NCBI GenBank assembly: GCA_004764695.1
Contig: SMSO01000034.1
Location: 3,720,001 to 3,784,000, forward strand
From: Schizochytrium sp. TIO01
Lineage: Eukaryota > Protista > Bigyra: Labyrinthulomycetes
Reading direction: 5' to 3'
DNA: 64,000 bases
In this document: positions 23,068-34,668 of the stretch, in pieces
Layout of the letters: every line of letters begins with the position of its first letter
Numbering within the stretch: the first letter of the stretch is position 1
The notes under the pieces: generated by a model
The model's database searches: none
What the model was told of the DNA's origin: nothing
Seen by the model: the letters and a program-made list of their open reading frames with translations, nothing else
Program-made: the position numbers and the translations under genes

Positions 23068-24999
23068 ATGTGGGCCCCCGCACGATGCAGCTCGCGCCGT
23101 GAAGGCTCAGCGGTGCGGAGTGTGCTTTCGCGGCTGCCTCCCGGGCTCTCCTCGCGGTCACCCGGTGGCCAAGAGCGCCACTTGTGGCATGGACGTCCCT
23201 TCAACTCCGCTTTGGAGGCCCTTAAGGGAGCCAACTCTGTAGCAGATCAGCGCAGGGAAATGCTTGAGAAACCGCAGCCACCTAGCCAGGTCCTTGCGAT
23301 TCAGGCTGGAAACTCTGCAGTGGCAATTCATGCAGTTTCCGCATTCTCGACCAAACCGAACCTGGCGTCGAGTTTGGCATTGACTCCAAGCTTAGCATCA
23401 AATTTGGCAACTGCGATGGCGTCGAAGTCTCATGTGACTCAGAACCACCATTCTCAGAACCAAGGCCAGAATGATGTGCATCAGATGGCCAACGGGAGGA
23501 TACCTGGAGATACGAGGTTTATGCAAACTTCCGTGCAGTCTCTGGGAGGTGCCAGGCGCAGGGTCAAGCTAAGCTTCTCAGCAAAGAACCCCGAGGATTC
23601 AGGCACTCGTAGGCCCAATCTACGTATGCCATCAACATTTGCATGGTTGCTGGCAATGCCAAACTCGTTCACAACGTCAGCTACCAAACCTAGGAAACCG
23701 GAGATTGGCTCAGCCAGCAAGATTAATCCCTCAGCAGCGGCTGCGGCCAGCAAGCCGGGTTCAGTGGGAACTCAAGGCCCGGCAGGACCCTCGGGAGGCA
23801 GCAGTGAGGAAAGTGCTCCAGAGCATGCCGTGCACGGGTCGGCGGTGAACTCGAAGAAAAACTCGTCTCCTCCGCTCAACTGGAAGACCGTACAGCGAGC
23901 ACTGATGGGCAATTCCTTTATCACGTTGCTCAAATTCGGAGTGTGGTGGCAAACAGGGTCTGCTGCCATGCTCTCTGAGGCTATTCACACTCTCGCAGAT
24001 TCCGGAAATCAGGCTTTACTACTCGCTGGACTGCATCAGTCTTCTAATGCTCCAGATGGCCGCTTTCAGTACGGCTATGGTCGCGCAGCCTTTTTCTGGG
24101 CCTTGGTCTCCGCATTGGGAATGTTTTGGACCGGCGCAGGTGTAGCAATATTTCATGGAGGTTATAATTTGCTGCATCCCGAAGGTCATGCCGTGGAAAC
24201 CTCACTGGCATTGTGGGGTGTATTAGGCATCTCTTTTCTTGTTGACGGCTGGGTTCTGCGCATGACCCTGAAAGAGCTTTATGACACAAAGCCTCCAGAG
24301 AAAAGTATGTGGAAATACCTCTGGTCGATTCGTGACCCGTTCATCATGGCAGTTATCATGGAGGATACCACAGCCTGCACAGGTGTAATTCTGGCCACCT
24401 TGGGCGTTGGCGCAACCCATTATACTGGGTCCGTGTACTGGGACGCGATGGCCAGTTTAGGTATTGGTGCCTTACTTGGCCTTGTTGCCCTCCAACTTGT
24501 CCGTATGAATCAGAAATTCCTTCTTGGTCACGCAATTGACCAGGAAACCCTTAGCGGAATCCGCAAAATTCTTATCAGGCGCCCGTCCGTTGAGGCTGTG
24601 TATGGTGTGCAGAGTCAATGGGTAGGCCCATCCACCTTTTCGTACAAAGCAGAAGTTGACTTTGATGGTACATACTTGGCAGCGCACCTCGAGGACAAAT
24701 ATGCGCCACTTTTCATGACCGCTACCGAACGAGAGGACGTTGAAGTCCTGATGAGCTGGTATGCTGAGGACGTCACTCGCCTTGTTGAGCGCGAAGTGCG
24801 AGACATTGAAGATGCAATTCGTAACAAGTATCCTGCAGCTGCTTTCATCGAGCTCGAGCCAGATTCAAAGTATTCTGACGTCGAGGCCTTGCCACTTGAC
24901 CCAACATACAAGTCCCCGTATTATAACGATGAGCAAGAGGAGATGCGTAAGGTGGACTCTGAAATCGAAAGACAGCTGCACCGTACTAAATCTATGTGA
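23068..24999 (+). CDS. Cation diffusion facilitator, ZnT9/SLC30A9 (MTP7)-like zinc transporter, probably mitochondrial
   Basis: R/S-rich presequence-like N-terminus. GNSFITLLKF...GSAAMLSEAIHTLADSGNQ (TM2 HxxxD), YGYG, RDP..MAVIMED (ZnT9-type TM5), and C-terminal YKAEVDFDG and ELEPD. Confidence 0.9.
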   Translation: MWAPARCSSRREGSAVRSVLSRLPPGLSSRSPGGQERHLWHGRPFNSALEALKGANSVADQRREMLEKPQPPSQVLAIQAGNSAVAIHAVSAFSTKPNLASSLALTPSLASNLATAMASKSHVTQNHHSQNQGQNDVHQMANGRIPGDTRFMQTSVQSLGGARRRVKLSFSAKNPEDSGTRRPNLRMPSTFAWLLAMPNSFTTSATKPRKPEIGSASKINPSAAAAASKPGSVGTQGPAGPSGGSSEESAPEHAVHGSAVNSKKNSSPPLNWKTVQRALMGNSFITLLKFGVWWQTGSAAMLSEAIHTLADSGNQALLLAGLHQSSNAPDGRFQYGYGRAAFFWALVSALGMFWTGAGVAIFHGGYNLLHPEGHAVETSLALWGVLGISFLVDGWVLRMTLKELYDTKPPEKSMWKYLWSIRDPFIMAVIMEDTTACTGVILATLGVGATHYTGSVYWDAMASLGIGALLGLVALQLVRMNQKFLLGHAIDQETLSGIRKILIRRPSVEAVYGVQSQWVGPSTFSYKAEVDFDGTYLAAHLEDKYAPLFMTATEREDVEVLMSWYAEDVTRLVEREVRDIEDAIRNKYPAAAFIELEPDSKYSDVEALPLDPTYKSPYYNDEQEEMRKVDSEIERQLHRTKSM

Positions 25000-25680
25000 A
25001 AATCAATCTTTTCTTTAATCTAAAAATACTAACAGATATAGTCTTGTTAACCATAAAGTAGCGTCGAGTATCTCAAACATTTTCTCAAAGATACAAAAAC
25101 ATTCATTAAGCCCATACCACTCATTTCATTGCAGCTTTAGGCATCTCTGCGAAAACAAATAATGATCTTAAAGTAGTCATGCTCAGTAGAAACTGAAAAT
25201 TCCATCTTTTATTTCAATACCTTAAATTTTCGAGTAGGTTCTCGGCTGTATCTTCTTCCATTTTGGTTTCTAAAATCCGCGTTTTGTGTTAAAATTAGAT
25301 ATGAGGATGAACATATAGAGCAATCGTAATTATGACTTTATTTCCTATAAAGAAATCAGTAAATTACTATCTTATCAGTCGTCAATATTTGCTTTCCGAG
25401 GTAAATTGTAATAGGTAATCGCGAAAATAAAGCTCCTTTACATTATTTTGCAGTTTTAAAGACTTTCATTGTTTAAAGGGGTAGACTATTGAAACTTCAA
25501 GTAGGCTGGAATCCCAAATCAGACGACAAACTAGAGTACCTATCTGCACCACAGCGATGACAAGTAATCAAGTTAATTGATCACAATCATGCATTAACGC
25601 GAATTTCATATTTATCATTATGGTTTACTGAAAGTTTGAGATTCTCCTTGTGGAAAGCTACCTTCAAGCAACAAGAACAC

Positions 25681-28600
25681 CTATTTGCTACCTGGGCGCT
25701 GAGGGAGTGCAGGGATTCTCTTATTACGCGCAGGTACACCTTGGCGAGTGGCTGGCCGAGATACATCCTCTTGTCGAACGTCATCATCTCCATACTCGGT
25801 AGTCTTGGTTGGATATGGAGTTCGCACATATTTTTTTGCTTCCTCACCGACTCCAAAAGATTGCTCCTCAGCCTGGTTTGCGTTGACTCGAAGCTCAAGT
25901 TTAGCTACCTTATTTTCCAACTCATCAGCACGAAGCTTGTATGCAATAGCTTCCTTACGAAGTCGATTGCACTCAGTAATTAGAAGGGCGTTCTCCTGAA
26001 CTTGACGCTTTGACTTTTGATGTCCTCTGCGCTCCGACACGCGCAAGGCCTTCTGTAGTGTTTCTACAGTTTTGTGCATTTGGTCACGCTGGCGTTCAGT
26101 CTCTTCAACCGAAGATCTATTTGCACCTCCCAAGAGGGTATCGGAGCCTCCTTGGCCTGCATTGCTTCCAACGTCTGAATTTGTGTCAGGATTAGCTCCT
26201 GTGCCCATGTTCGAGAAGCTGTGATCCTGATCAAGTACACCACTTCCTTGGTTTGCACCTGCCGAGCCTAAGGATGCTGCGTTAGTTGGAGTACCTGCAG
26301 ATGGTACTGTTGGGAGAACTGGTGTCGAAACTGTAGTTTTAGTTTTACGAACAGACCATGCAGGTTCTTTAAGCACCTGGGTACGATACGCTTCCGCCAA
26401 AATGTAAATCGCTTGCTTTGTATCTGATGTTTGAGCACATGTAGTGATTGTATGAGCAAGACTTGAAACTTCGCGCTCCCGGTCCCTCAGATTTGCACGA
26501 AGCTTATTAACTTCGTTAGACAGAGCAACAACTTTCATTTGTTTGGTACTCATTTGGCGATCGGCAACCTTTTTACGCTCAAATTCACTCACAAGCTCAT
26601 TATACATGGCTTTAATGTGTGTCTCAAGCTTAGCAATATGTTCTTTAATTGGGCCTTTTTCTTCCATAAGCTTCTCAATACGATGATCAAGCACATAGCG
26701 GAAATTGTCCAAGGTCTTTTGGTTGGACCGAAGGTGAAGAATAGTTTTTTCTTTCTCTCGAAATGCAATTTCACGTTGTTCCAAGTTTGCCTCATACCGC
26801 CGTAACGTAGATTGCAAGCTTGAGACTTGCTCCTCTAGATTTTTAATGCGAGTCTCATCCTCAGCTTTGCTGACCTTCATAGTGCTCATTTTATTACGCA
26901 AGCGCTGAAATTTATTTTGCTGTTCCACAAGTTGACCTTGTTTGATAGCAAGGTTAGACCTTTCTTTCTGCACAGCAGTTTCCACTGCTCCCTTGAGATG
27001 CAACAACTCTAGATCATATTCTTGCTGCTGCTGAGAAATGCTCTCAGTGTGACGCTCGCGTTCCATCGCAAGTTCCCGTTCAAGCTGATCTACTTGTTTG
27101 CGGAGCTGCTGGACTTGCTCTCCAAGAGTAGTCTTTACCGTCTCAAGTTCATCAACATGTTTGGTTTCTTGTGCTACAAGAATTTCATCTGTCTTTTGGC
27201 GTAGATTTTCGATTGCTTCGGAACGCTCGTCAACACGACGGAGAGCCTCTCCAAGTCGTTTTTCGTATTCATTTTCGATAGTTTGCGCGGTGCGGACCCG
27301 ATTCGCCTCCATTTTTTGTTTCTCTTCTAGGTGCTTCTGGACAAAATGTTCATAGCGCTGCTGGAGTTCCTCGAATCGAGCACGTTCTTTGCCTAAAGAT
27401 TTAGTTGTCTCTGAACGTGCGGCCCGGACTTTTTCCATCCACTCAGTATCCTTGAGGTGCATTGCGTAATCGTGAGCTGTTTGTAAACTCAGCATTTCCT
27501 TTTTGGTGTCATCAATAGCTTTGATGTTATCTAGCCATTCGCGGTGTGAAACGAGTACGGCATCAGCATCGTTACGCCACAATGTCACACCGGGTCGGAA
27601 TCCACTACGAAGATTGAGGAGTTTTTCTTCATCTTCAGTAGCACCTGGATATGTTTGATAGAGTTTTTGGACAAAACATGTACCATCGCGAGAAGATGAG
27701 AACAAGAAACGACCGTCAAACGACCTCCTCAGACGAGTAATTGCTGCATTGTGAGTAGCAATTATTTCATAACGACCACGATGGACACTTAGGGGAAATT
27801 TGTAAATGCGAATAGCCCCTGTCGAGGTGCCAGCAAAAAGAATCTTTTCATCCTTGCTCAACAAAAGGCTTGTAATGGTTTCATCAGAGGTGGAGGCACG
27901 ACGTTTCCAAGATTGAGACACCTGAGTATCAATTTGTGAGCCACGTCGATCTACTCCACCCGATGAGGGTGAAGACATTGCCAATGGTTGTGTATTACTT
28001 GCAAGTGGCGAATCTTCCTTGACTCCAGAAGGGTGATCGCTCACAAATAATTGAATGGTTTCCACGCCTTGACTGATCTCACGCAAGGATCCATCCGTGC
28101 CAGCTACAATGACATGATCAGCGACTTGATTGATAGCTACCGCTGCAAGTTGGCAAGTCTCAAATGCAGTGCTGAGGTCATCCAAACGTTGTCCATTTTC
28201 TGTGCGACGTGCAAACACGGAACCATCAAATGATACAGAAACCAGAACGCTGTCGGTGTTGTTAAACACTGCTTCTTGAACTTTGCCTAGGTGCTCAGAA
28301 AATGAGTGAAGGAGTGTTGCAGTGTATGTACCGTAGAGATTGATGGTGAGGTTAGACGAGCAAATGAGGTAGTGTCCACCATGGCCAAAACGAATACAAG
28401 TGCAATTCTTCAGATAAAGACAGCCCTTTTCACGGAGTTTACCAAGCAGAAAATCATAAATGCGTACATGTTCTTTGAAGCCCACCACAATCAAAGAGCC
28501 GCTTGGGTGGATAGCTACTGCAACTGGATCACCAAAGCCGGGTGTAAGCTGATACGCGATTTCACAGTCCATTGTCTCATAATTAATCACGCGTAATAGT

Positions 28601-29814
28601 TTGTCAGTTCCTGCTGTTATCAAAAGAGGCCTGGGCCCGAGACAAACATCCATTGAAGTGACAGGTCCACGGTGCTGAACAAACGGAAAGGGCTTAAAAG
28701 GGTCTTCATTCTCCAGAATAATGTCAACATTGCCAAGGGGAAACAACAACAATGAGTTGCAGCGTGTACAGCAGACGAGATTGTCTCCACATGGAGATAT
28801 TGCAGCATCAGAGATAATCTCCTTCTTCGTTGTTTGGAAGGTTTTAACATACATAAATGGTTCTTCCTGTCCCTCTGTTGTCTCTTCATACACGAACAAC
28901 ATTCCATTGCTACCTGCAATAATAAAGCCCCGTTCATGTACTTTTAAAACTTCTGCCCGCACTACGTCACTTTCTTCTCTGACCTGGAGATGAATGCTCT
29001 GAACTGGGTTGAGTTTGATGCTTCTCGTTTGTGTGGCAGCTGATGCATCTGCATGGAAAATTGTGCATGTGCCTCGCTCATGAAGTACTAACAAAGTTTT
29101 TTCGTCAAACCATGCATGATCAATGAAAACTTCCCCGGATTCTTTCTTCGGTTGCATAGTCGGTTGCAGTTTCAGCTGCGAGTTTCCTCCAAGTTTCCAT
29201 AAACGAAGCATTCCAGGACCTGAGATAGAAATGATTGAATTATCTGTCGGGTGAAAATGTACTCGCATACCGACCATTGGATTCTGTGACCTTGCAATGA
29301 GCTTCTCTGCGTCCCATTTCCAGTAAAACACTTCATGGCGAGGCGGACCAGCAGACGTGAAAAGAAACTTTGAGTCACCTGAAAAGCTCATCGTAACAAT
29401 CTCACCAATGCTATTTGTTGGCCTCAGTTGGCGAAGTAGCTTCTGTGTTGCTACATGGAAAATAGAAATCATAGAACCCATACCAGCTTCGTCAGCTTCA
29501 TGTGCCACTGCAAGAGCCAATCGATTTGGGGCGATACACATTGCATGGATTTTAGCATTGAGTCGTAAAAAGGACATTTCCAAGGTTTCAATGTTCGAGT
29601 AAGCAACCCGCATACCAACTGGGTAAGCAATCTCTCTTTCACTCAGATAACAGATTGAGTCACGAATGGAACCAGAGACACCAACCGAGGCTTCCATGGC
29701 CAGAGTCGTGAAGACATTTTCAGGCTCACCTGCACTACAAACATCTTTAGAAAATTGTTCAGAAGTAAGTTCTTCATCGTTGCTGCCAGGCAGCCCTTTT
29801 TGTAGATCGCCCAT
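25681..29814 (-). CDS. CFAP57/WDR65-like cilia- and flagella-associated WD40 + coiled-coil protein
   Basis: About 1377 aa from the first ATG (29814; the ORF track start is TTG). WD40 repeats (YPVG, MSFSGDSKFL, FHPTDNS, HRGPVTSMDV, AIHPSG, FGHGGHYL, HNAAITRLRRSFDGRFLFS) are followed by a long coiled coil with NQKTLDNFRYVLDHRI (cf. CFAP57 NQELEKFKFVLDYKI) and ENALLITECNRLR. The start is uncertain. Confidence 0.85.
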   Translation of the reverse strand: MGDLQKGLPGSNDEELTSEQFSKDVCSAGEPENVFTTLAMEASVGVSGSIRDSICYLSEREIAYPVGMRVAYSNIETLEMSFLRLNAKIHAMCIAPNRLALAVAHEADEAGMGSMISIFHVATQKLLRQLRPTNSIGEIVTMSFSGDSKFLFTSAGPPRHEVFYWKWDAEKLIARSQNPMVGMRVHFHPTDNSIISISGPGMLRLWKLGGNSQLKLQPTMQPKKESGEVFIDHAWFDEKTLLVLHERGTCTIFHADASAATQTRSIKLNPVQSIHLQVREESDVVRAEVLKVHERGFIIAGSNGMLFVYEETTEGQEEPFMYVKTFQTTKKEIISDAAISPCGDNLVCCTRCNSLLLFPLGNVDIILENEDPFKPFPFVQHRGPVTSMDVCLGPRPLLITAGTDKLLRVINYETMDCEIAYQLTPGFGDPVAVAIHPSGSLIVVGFKEHVRIYDFLLGKLREKGCLYLKNCTCIRFGHGGHYLICSSNLTINLYGTYTATLLHSFSEHLGKVQEAVFNNTDSVLVSVSFDGSVFARRTENGQRLDDLSTAFETCQLAAVAINQVADHVIVAGTDGSLREISQGVETIQLFVSDHPSGVKEDSPLASNTQPLAMSSPSSGGVDRRGSQIDTQVSQSWKRRASTSDETITSLLLSKDEKILFAGTSTGAIRIYKFPLSVHRGRYEIIATHNAAITRLRRSFDGRFLFSSSRDGTCFVQKLYQTYPGATEDEEKLLNLRSGFRPGVTLWRNDADAVLVSHREWLDNIKAIDDTKKEMLSLQTAHDYAMHLKDTEWMEKVRAARSETTKSLGKERARFEELQQRYEHFVQKHLEEKQKMEANRVRTAQTIENEYEKRLGEALRRVDERSEAIENLRQKTDEILVAQETKHVDELETVKTTLGEQVQQLRKQVDQLERELAMERERHTESISQQQQEYDLELLHLKGAVETAVQKERSNLAIKQGQLVEQQNKFQRLRNKMSTMKVSKAEDETRIKNLEEQVSSLQSTLRRYEANLEQREIAFREKEKTILHLRSNQKTLDNFRYVLDHRIEKLMEEKGPIKEHIAKLETHIKAMYNELVSEFERKKVADRQMSTKQMKVVALSNEVNKLRANLRDREREVSSLAHTITTCAQTSDTKQAIYILAEAYRTQVLKEPAWSVRKTKTTVSTPVLPTVPSAGTPTNAASLGSAGANQGSGVLDQDHSFSNMGTGANPDTNSDVGSNAGQGGSDTLLGGANRSSVEETERQRDQMHKTVETLQKALRVSERRGHQKSKRQVQENALLITECNRLRKEAIAYKLRADELENKVAKLELRVNANQAEEQSFGVGEEAKKYVRTPYPTKTTEYGDDDVRQEDVSRPATRQGVPARNKRIPALPQRPGSK

Positions 29815-31206
29815 TGGACTTGCGCACAAGTTTGCCAAAACCTATCCGCTTCAAGAGTTGCACCGGCGTTTGCCGGTATTACACAGCAGAGTTATCTTCT
29901 CAGTGTAAGACAATGTAAAACTGTATTTTCTCACAGTGCCTTGAGGTTGTTTGCATGCCCGGGTTACTTCACAATGCCTGCTGCGCGTCTACTGTGTACC
30001 TTGATGAATGTATCTGCAAACAATTCACGTGGCAATAATTCTTCTCCGTCCTTGCTGTCACCCCCTACCCTCCTTCCAATGACGTTCTTAATTTTCACCT
30101 CGCTATTTGACCACTACAAACAAACTCCTTAATCACTAAATAATTACAAGCAATACACACATTTGCACGTACTATTCTGTCACGTCAGATGCAAGGGTGC
30201 TAGTAACAACCTTCTACAAAATCCCCAGTGCCATAGTAATCATAAGCACTTGACCGTTGAACATTATTACAAAGTTACGAGTGACTGCTTTGGTTGATTG
30301 ACACGAAGCTGTTGTTGCTCCGTCTCGTGCTGCCCAAGGAAAATCAATTATGTATTAAGCATGTGTTATGCTGTCAATGTTCTACCTGTACATCATGTTT
30401 TGGCTAAATTAGCCAGTAGTCGAAAGGTAAACCTCGAAGTGAGGAGCAACATTTCCTACTCTAAAAAATATTTTTTAATTCATAATAATTCGAAATCATT
30501 ATATATATATATTTTTTTTTGTAAATTGAAATAGTCTATAATCTATAGCTATTCTTGTAGTTTTTGATATGTAGGTACTCGACAGATGGCACAGACCTAT
30601 CGTTGGTTCTCGACGTTATCTTTCAGATCGTTCTTCAATACATGTAGTCCTCGTCATGACCTGCCATTTTGTTCTTCTCGCACGGCAAATAAAGATTTAA
30701 CCTCACCCTGCCTCGGAGAACCTTTCCGGAAATTTGTATTTGTCAGCGAGCTTGGCCGATTGAAAACCAGCGGATGCAGAGCAAATAGTTTCTCTGACCT
30801 TTGAAGAGTCATGACAGATTAGGACAAATAATAACATGAATTATAGGGGTACCTAATCTTTCTTGCCCCAAAGCTCATTATTTTATATTCTACTATTTCT
30901 CTTAGAGTTCTTCGAGACTTCGTGAAGGATTGCGCTAAAAAATGAAAATCAGGACAACCCATTTTTAACTAGGCGTTTTTGATAGCCCTGTATAGGCCAC
31001 CTACCAGTGTGGAAGATGAGTGAGATCGTGCACAGGCCAAAGAATGGATACCTCGCGCAGACAACTAACCTTCTTCAAACCAAACAGAAGCCATTGTAGC
31101 AACGGGTCACGTTTACGAATCTTGCGCGAAGGAGAAGCTTTGTTCTTTCTTCAAGGAGTTCGACCTTGAGTGCAAACTCAGCAAAGAAGCTCTTATTTTC
31201 GATATC

Positions 31207-32625
31207 ATGACAGAGTCGACGCCCATTGACGATGGACCTACGCCGAGACAGCTCGCGGCGGTAAAAGCGGCTGCACAACAAGGAATCCTGGGGTCTGTTG
31301 GAGTTCAAAGTAACTCTAATTCTGAAGCGGACGGAGATGCTCTTATGGCTGCTCTTGAGGCCGAGGTTCGCAAGAAGCCTTTTGCATTCCTCTATGACGG
31401 CGACAAATGGGAAGCAAATTTGGCACACATGCGCGAGGAAACCTTCAAAGAGAAGAACTTTATGCATGCTTGTGCTGTAAAAGCAAATCCTTTGGCATAT
31501 TTTCTGACGCGCGCTCGCGATCTTGGCCATGGTGCTGAATGCGCGTCCATCTCCGAGGTAGTACACTCCCTCAGCGTTGGTTTTGAGCCAGACCGCGTGG
31601 TCTTCGATAGTCCATGCAAAACTGCTGCAGAAATCGAATATGCGCTGCGAAAGGGCGTGCATCTGAACATGGATAATTTGCAGGAGCTCGAGCGTGTGGA
31701 GCAAATCCTCACCCGCGTGGAGCTGGGTCCCAAGTCAATTGTAGGTATTCGTGTCAACCCTCTGGTTGGAGCTGGCACAATTGCGGCATTTAGCGTGTCG
31801 ACCGGCAAATCTAAGTTTGGCGTACCGCTTCAGAAATCAGGACCCGAGCGTGCGTCTCTGGTTGATCGTGTTGCTGCTTGCAAATGGATTAACGCAGTCC
31901 ATGTGCACACCGGTTCTGGTGGCATGGGCCTTGACCAACTTGTGATGGGCGTTCGTACCGCCGTGGATTTTGCACTTGCTGTGAATGAGAAGGCAGGCGA
32001 ACGTCGCATCAAGGTTCTGGATATGGGTGGTGGCCTTGCTGTGAACTTTCACACCGCGAATGAGCTGTCAGACTTTAAGCCTTATTCAGAGGCCTTGCGT
32101 GAAGCTGTGCCTGAGATCTTTGACGAGACCACTTTCGAGCGTGTTGTGACAGAGTTTGGTGCTGCGGCGCAGCACAAGTTCTCTATGATGGCCTCACGCG
32201 TTGAGTACACCAAGACCTATGATGGAGGCCGCATTGCTTTGATTCATGCAGGTTCTGATGTATTTATGCGCGCCTGCTACTGCCCCGAAACCTTTGTTCA
32301 CCACCGTGTGTTTACCTTTGACGCAGAGGGCAACGAGAAGTCTGTACCTGAGGGTGAGCGAGTTCCGACTGACATTGCCGGGCCTCTTTGCTTTGCTGGT
32401 GATGTTGTTGTGCGGGATGCCAAGGTTGCTCCTCTGGAAGTGGGTGACATTGTTGCTCTTGCGGATACTGGTGGTAACGCCATCAGTATTCAGACCACCC
32501 ACTGCAGCCGTCAGAGCCCACAGGTTTTCGTGTATTCAGGAGAAGACGACAAAATTGTTTTCAAGCAGGTTCAGGAGATCCAGTCTGTTGAGGACTCCGT
32601 CAGGCAATGGAAGTGCATGGCTTAA
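31207..32625 (+). CDS. Fold-type III PLP-dependent decarboxylase, diaminopimelate decarboxylase (LysA)-like
   Basis: AVKANP (PLP lysine), GAECAS, VFDSPCKT, GIRVNP, SKFG, HVHTGS, LDMGGG and AGPLCFAGD. Several conserved active-site residues deviate (see findings). Confidence 0.88.
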   Translation: MTESTPIDDGPTPRQLAAVKAAAQQGILGSVGVQSNSNSEADGDALMAALEAEVRKKPFAFLYDGDKWEANLAHMREETFKEKNFMHACAVKANPLAYFLTRARDLGHGAECASISEVVHSLSVGFEPDRVVFDSPCKTAAEIEYALRKGVHLNMDNLQELERVEQILTRVELGPKSIVGIRVNPLVGAGTIAAFSVSTGKSKFGVPLQKSGPERASLVDRVAACKWINAVHVHTGSGGMGLDQLVMGVRTAVDFALAVNEKAGERRIKVLDMGGGLAVNFHTANELSDFKPYSEALREAVPEIFDETTFERVVTEFGAAAQHKFSMMASRVEYTKTYDGGRIALIHAGSDVFMRACYCPETFVHHRVFTFDAEGNEKSVPEGERVPTDIAGPLCFAGDVVVRDAKVAPLEVGDIVALADTGGNAISIQTTHCSRQSPQVFVYSGEDDKIVFKQVQEIQSVEDSVRQWKCMA

Positions 32626-34044
32626 ACCTACCTTGATCAGCTTTCGAAAACCCAGGCTTCACGATTGAGTAGTAGTAGTAGTAGTCGTATTAGTAGCCAT
32701 TTTACTTTAGATTTACGAGGCCGACATTTCTCAGAGGTCTCGCTAAATTCCTTTGTATTATTTTGAGGCTGTTTTCTCGATGAATATTTGTCAATCGAAT
32801 ATACATCGCCTCTGCCCTGCAAACCTAGACCATGGTTTGTTCGATCGATTTTGACCTATCAAACCTACATAGTTATCCTCTTTCTCATGAAATGCACCCA
32901 CTTGAATATTTCAAGCAGAGTACTATGTTCATGTCGGCTGTCCCCTGCGAGATAATATAAGCAAATTTGATGTCCTATTCAAGAGTGTCTTCATAGTTTT
33001 TAATTAAATCTCTCTCGATGCCAATTGTGCCTTTTTAGGCCTTGGATACCTTGGCCACCTTTGTGATGTCTTCTGGCATCCTTTCCTAAAACCTTGCTCT
33101 TCATTCACACGCCGTCTCTAGTCTCGTCTCCTTGCAGCACATGTGCTAGGCCTGCTAGGAACTATTCCAATTATCAGCAAGGCGCCTGGTGTGATGTGGG
33201 GGGTATTTACCATATTATATTTATGTAAATGAAAAGTGTATATACCTAGGAGGGGGGGTCTCTTCGTTTTTTCCCGTCGTGACTTGCGACAGTTGGGCAG
33301 GGAAAAAAGGGAAAAGAAGAAAGAATGAAAGAAAGGAAGAAGGATAACTAGGAGAGCTTATAGCGCTACTATGGAGAAAAAATAAAGCACTGTGTGAACC
33401 CAATTGTTGATTTAATCGCTGTTTGTTCGATAGTAAGTGGCCAATTGTGTATTTATTAGCTAACTTTTGAAATGGGAAAAAGCTCATGATCAATAGAGGA
33501 AAAGAGAGAAAGAAAGTAAGAAAAAGCGCAGAAAAAGAGAGTAGCCAAATCAGAATCACTTAAGGCAGAGACAGCCTCGTAGGTACGTGCGTGCGGAGGA
33601 CTCTCACGGCGGCAGCGCTTGCGCGGGGGATACGGTACCCAGTCTACTCTGCAGCAAAAGGTCTTCCTTTGGCTCGAAAGTCTGAGCCCACAAGCTGTAG
33701 AGACGGGTAGACGGATGCAGGGATGGCTGGATCATGTGAGCATGAGGAGAAAAGCGGAAGTAAAGAGCGAACGACATAAGCGAGGGAAGAGAAGAGGTTC
33801 AATAGAAGAGTGTTAAAACCACGTTCAAGGTGGGTGGATATTTTTTCTCTTATTTGGTCTCATTCAATAGAGGTCGTCTGTCCAAGAAGTTATCGTTGGT
33901 TGGGTAGGCCAATGATCGGGATAGCTGAAGACTAACTTGCATGTGCTTTTGGTTGTTCCTGAAAACTTTTGGTGAATTTGACTGTTTTTACACTGCGCGA
34001 GGTTTCAGATATAAGTGGAGAAGCTTTATACACAGCAGCAAAAG

Positions 34045-34668
34045 ATGTCTGGCAAGGGCGGTAAAGGTGGCAAGGGCGGCAAGGGTGGCAAGGCCCCCGC
34101 CTCCAAGAAGACACCCCAGTCTCGTAGCTCCCGCGCTGGTCTCCAGTTCCCTGTCGGTCGTGTGCATCGTTTCCTCAAACAACGCGTTGGTAAGTGAAAA
34201 TAGGCTATTCTCACCATTTTCAGATGCTGTTTTGGTTTGAAAGAGTCGATTTATTCTGACACGAGCTTTTCATCACAAAATACAAAAAGGTTGAAAACTA
34301 ACGAATTGACTGTGTTCCTGCACTCCTGAATATTTGATATATGTAAAACTGATCAATTGTACTGGGTTTACTTGATGTCCACGATGGAAACAGCTCTCAA
34401 GCAGCGTGTTGGTGCCACTGCCGCTGTTTACACAGCTGCTATTCTAGAGTACCTCACTGCTGAGGTGCTCGAGCTTGCTGGCAACGCCTCGAAGGATCTC
34501 AAGGTGAAGCGTATCACCCCGCGTCACTTGCAGCTTGCCATTCGTGGTGATGAGGAGCTTGATACCCTTATCAAGGCTACCATCGCCGGCGGTGGTGTGA
34601 TTCCCCACATTCACAAGTCACTCATTAACAAGCCAGGCATGGGCAAGAAGAAGGAGCTCGGCATGTAA
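34045..34668 (+). CDS. H2AZ: Histone H2A.Z, join(34045..34189,34394..34668)
   Basis: Exon 1 [10 protein letters not shown]...[20 protein letters not shown]. Phase-1 intron GTAAGT(34190)...AAACAG(34393). Exon 2 [73 protein letters not shown], with the diagnostic H2A.Z docking domain. Confidence 0.97.
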
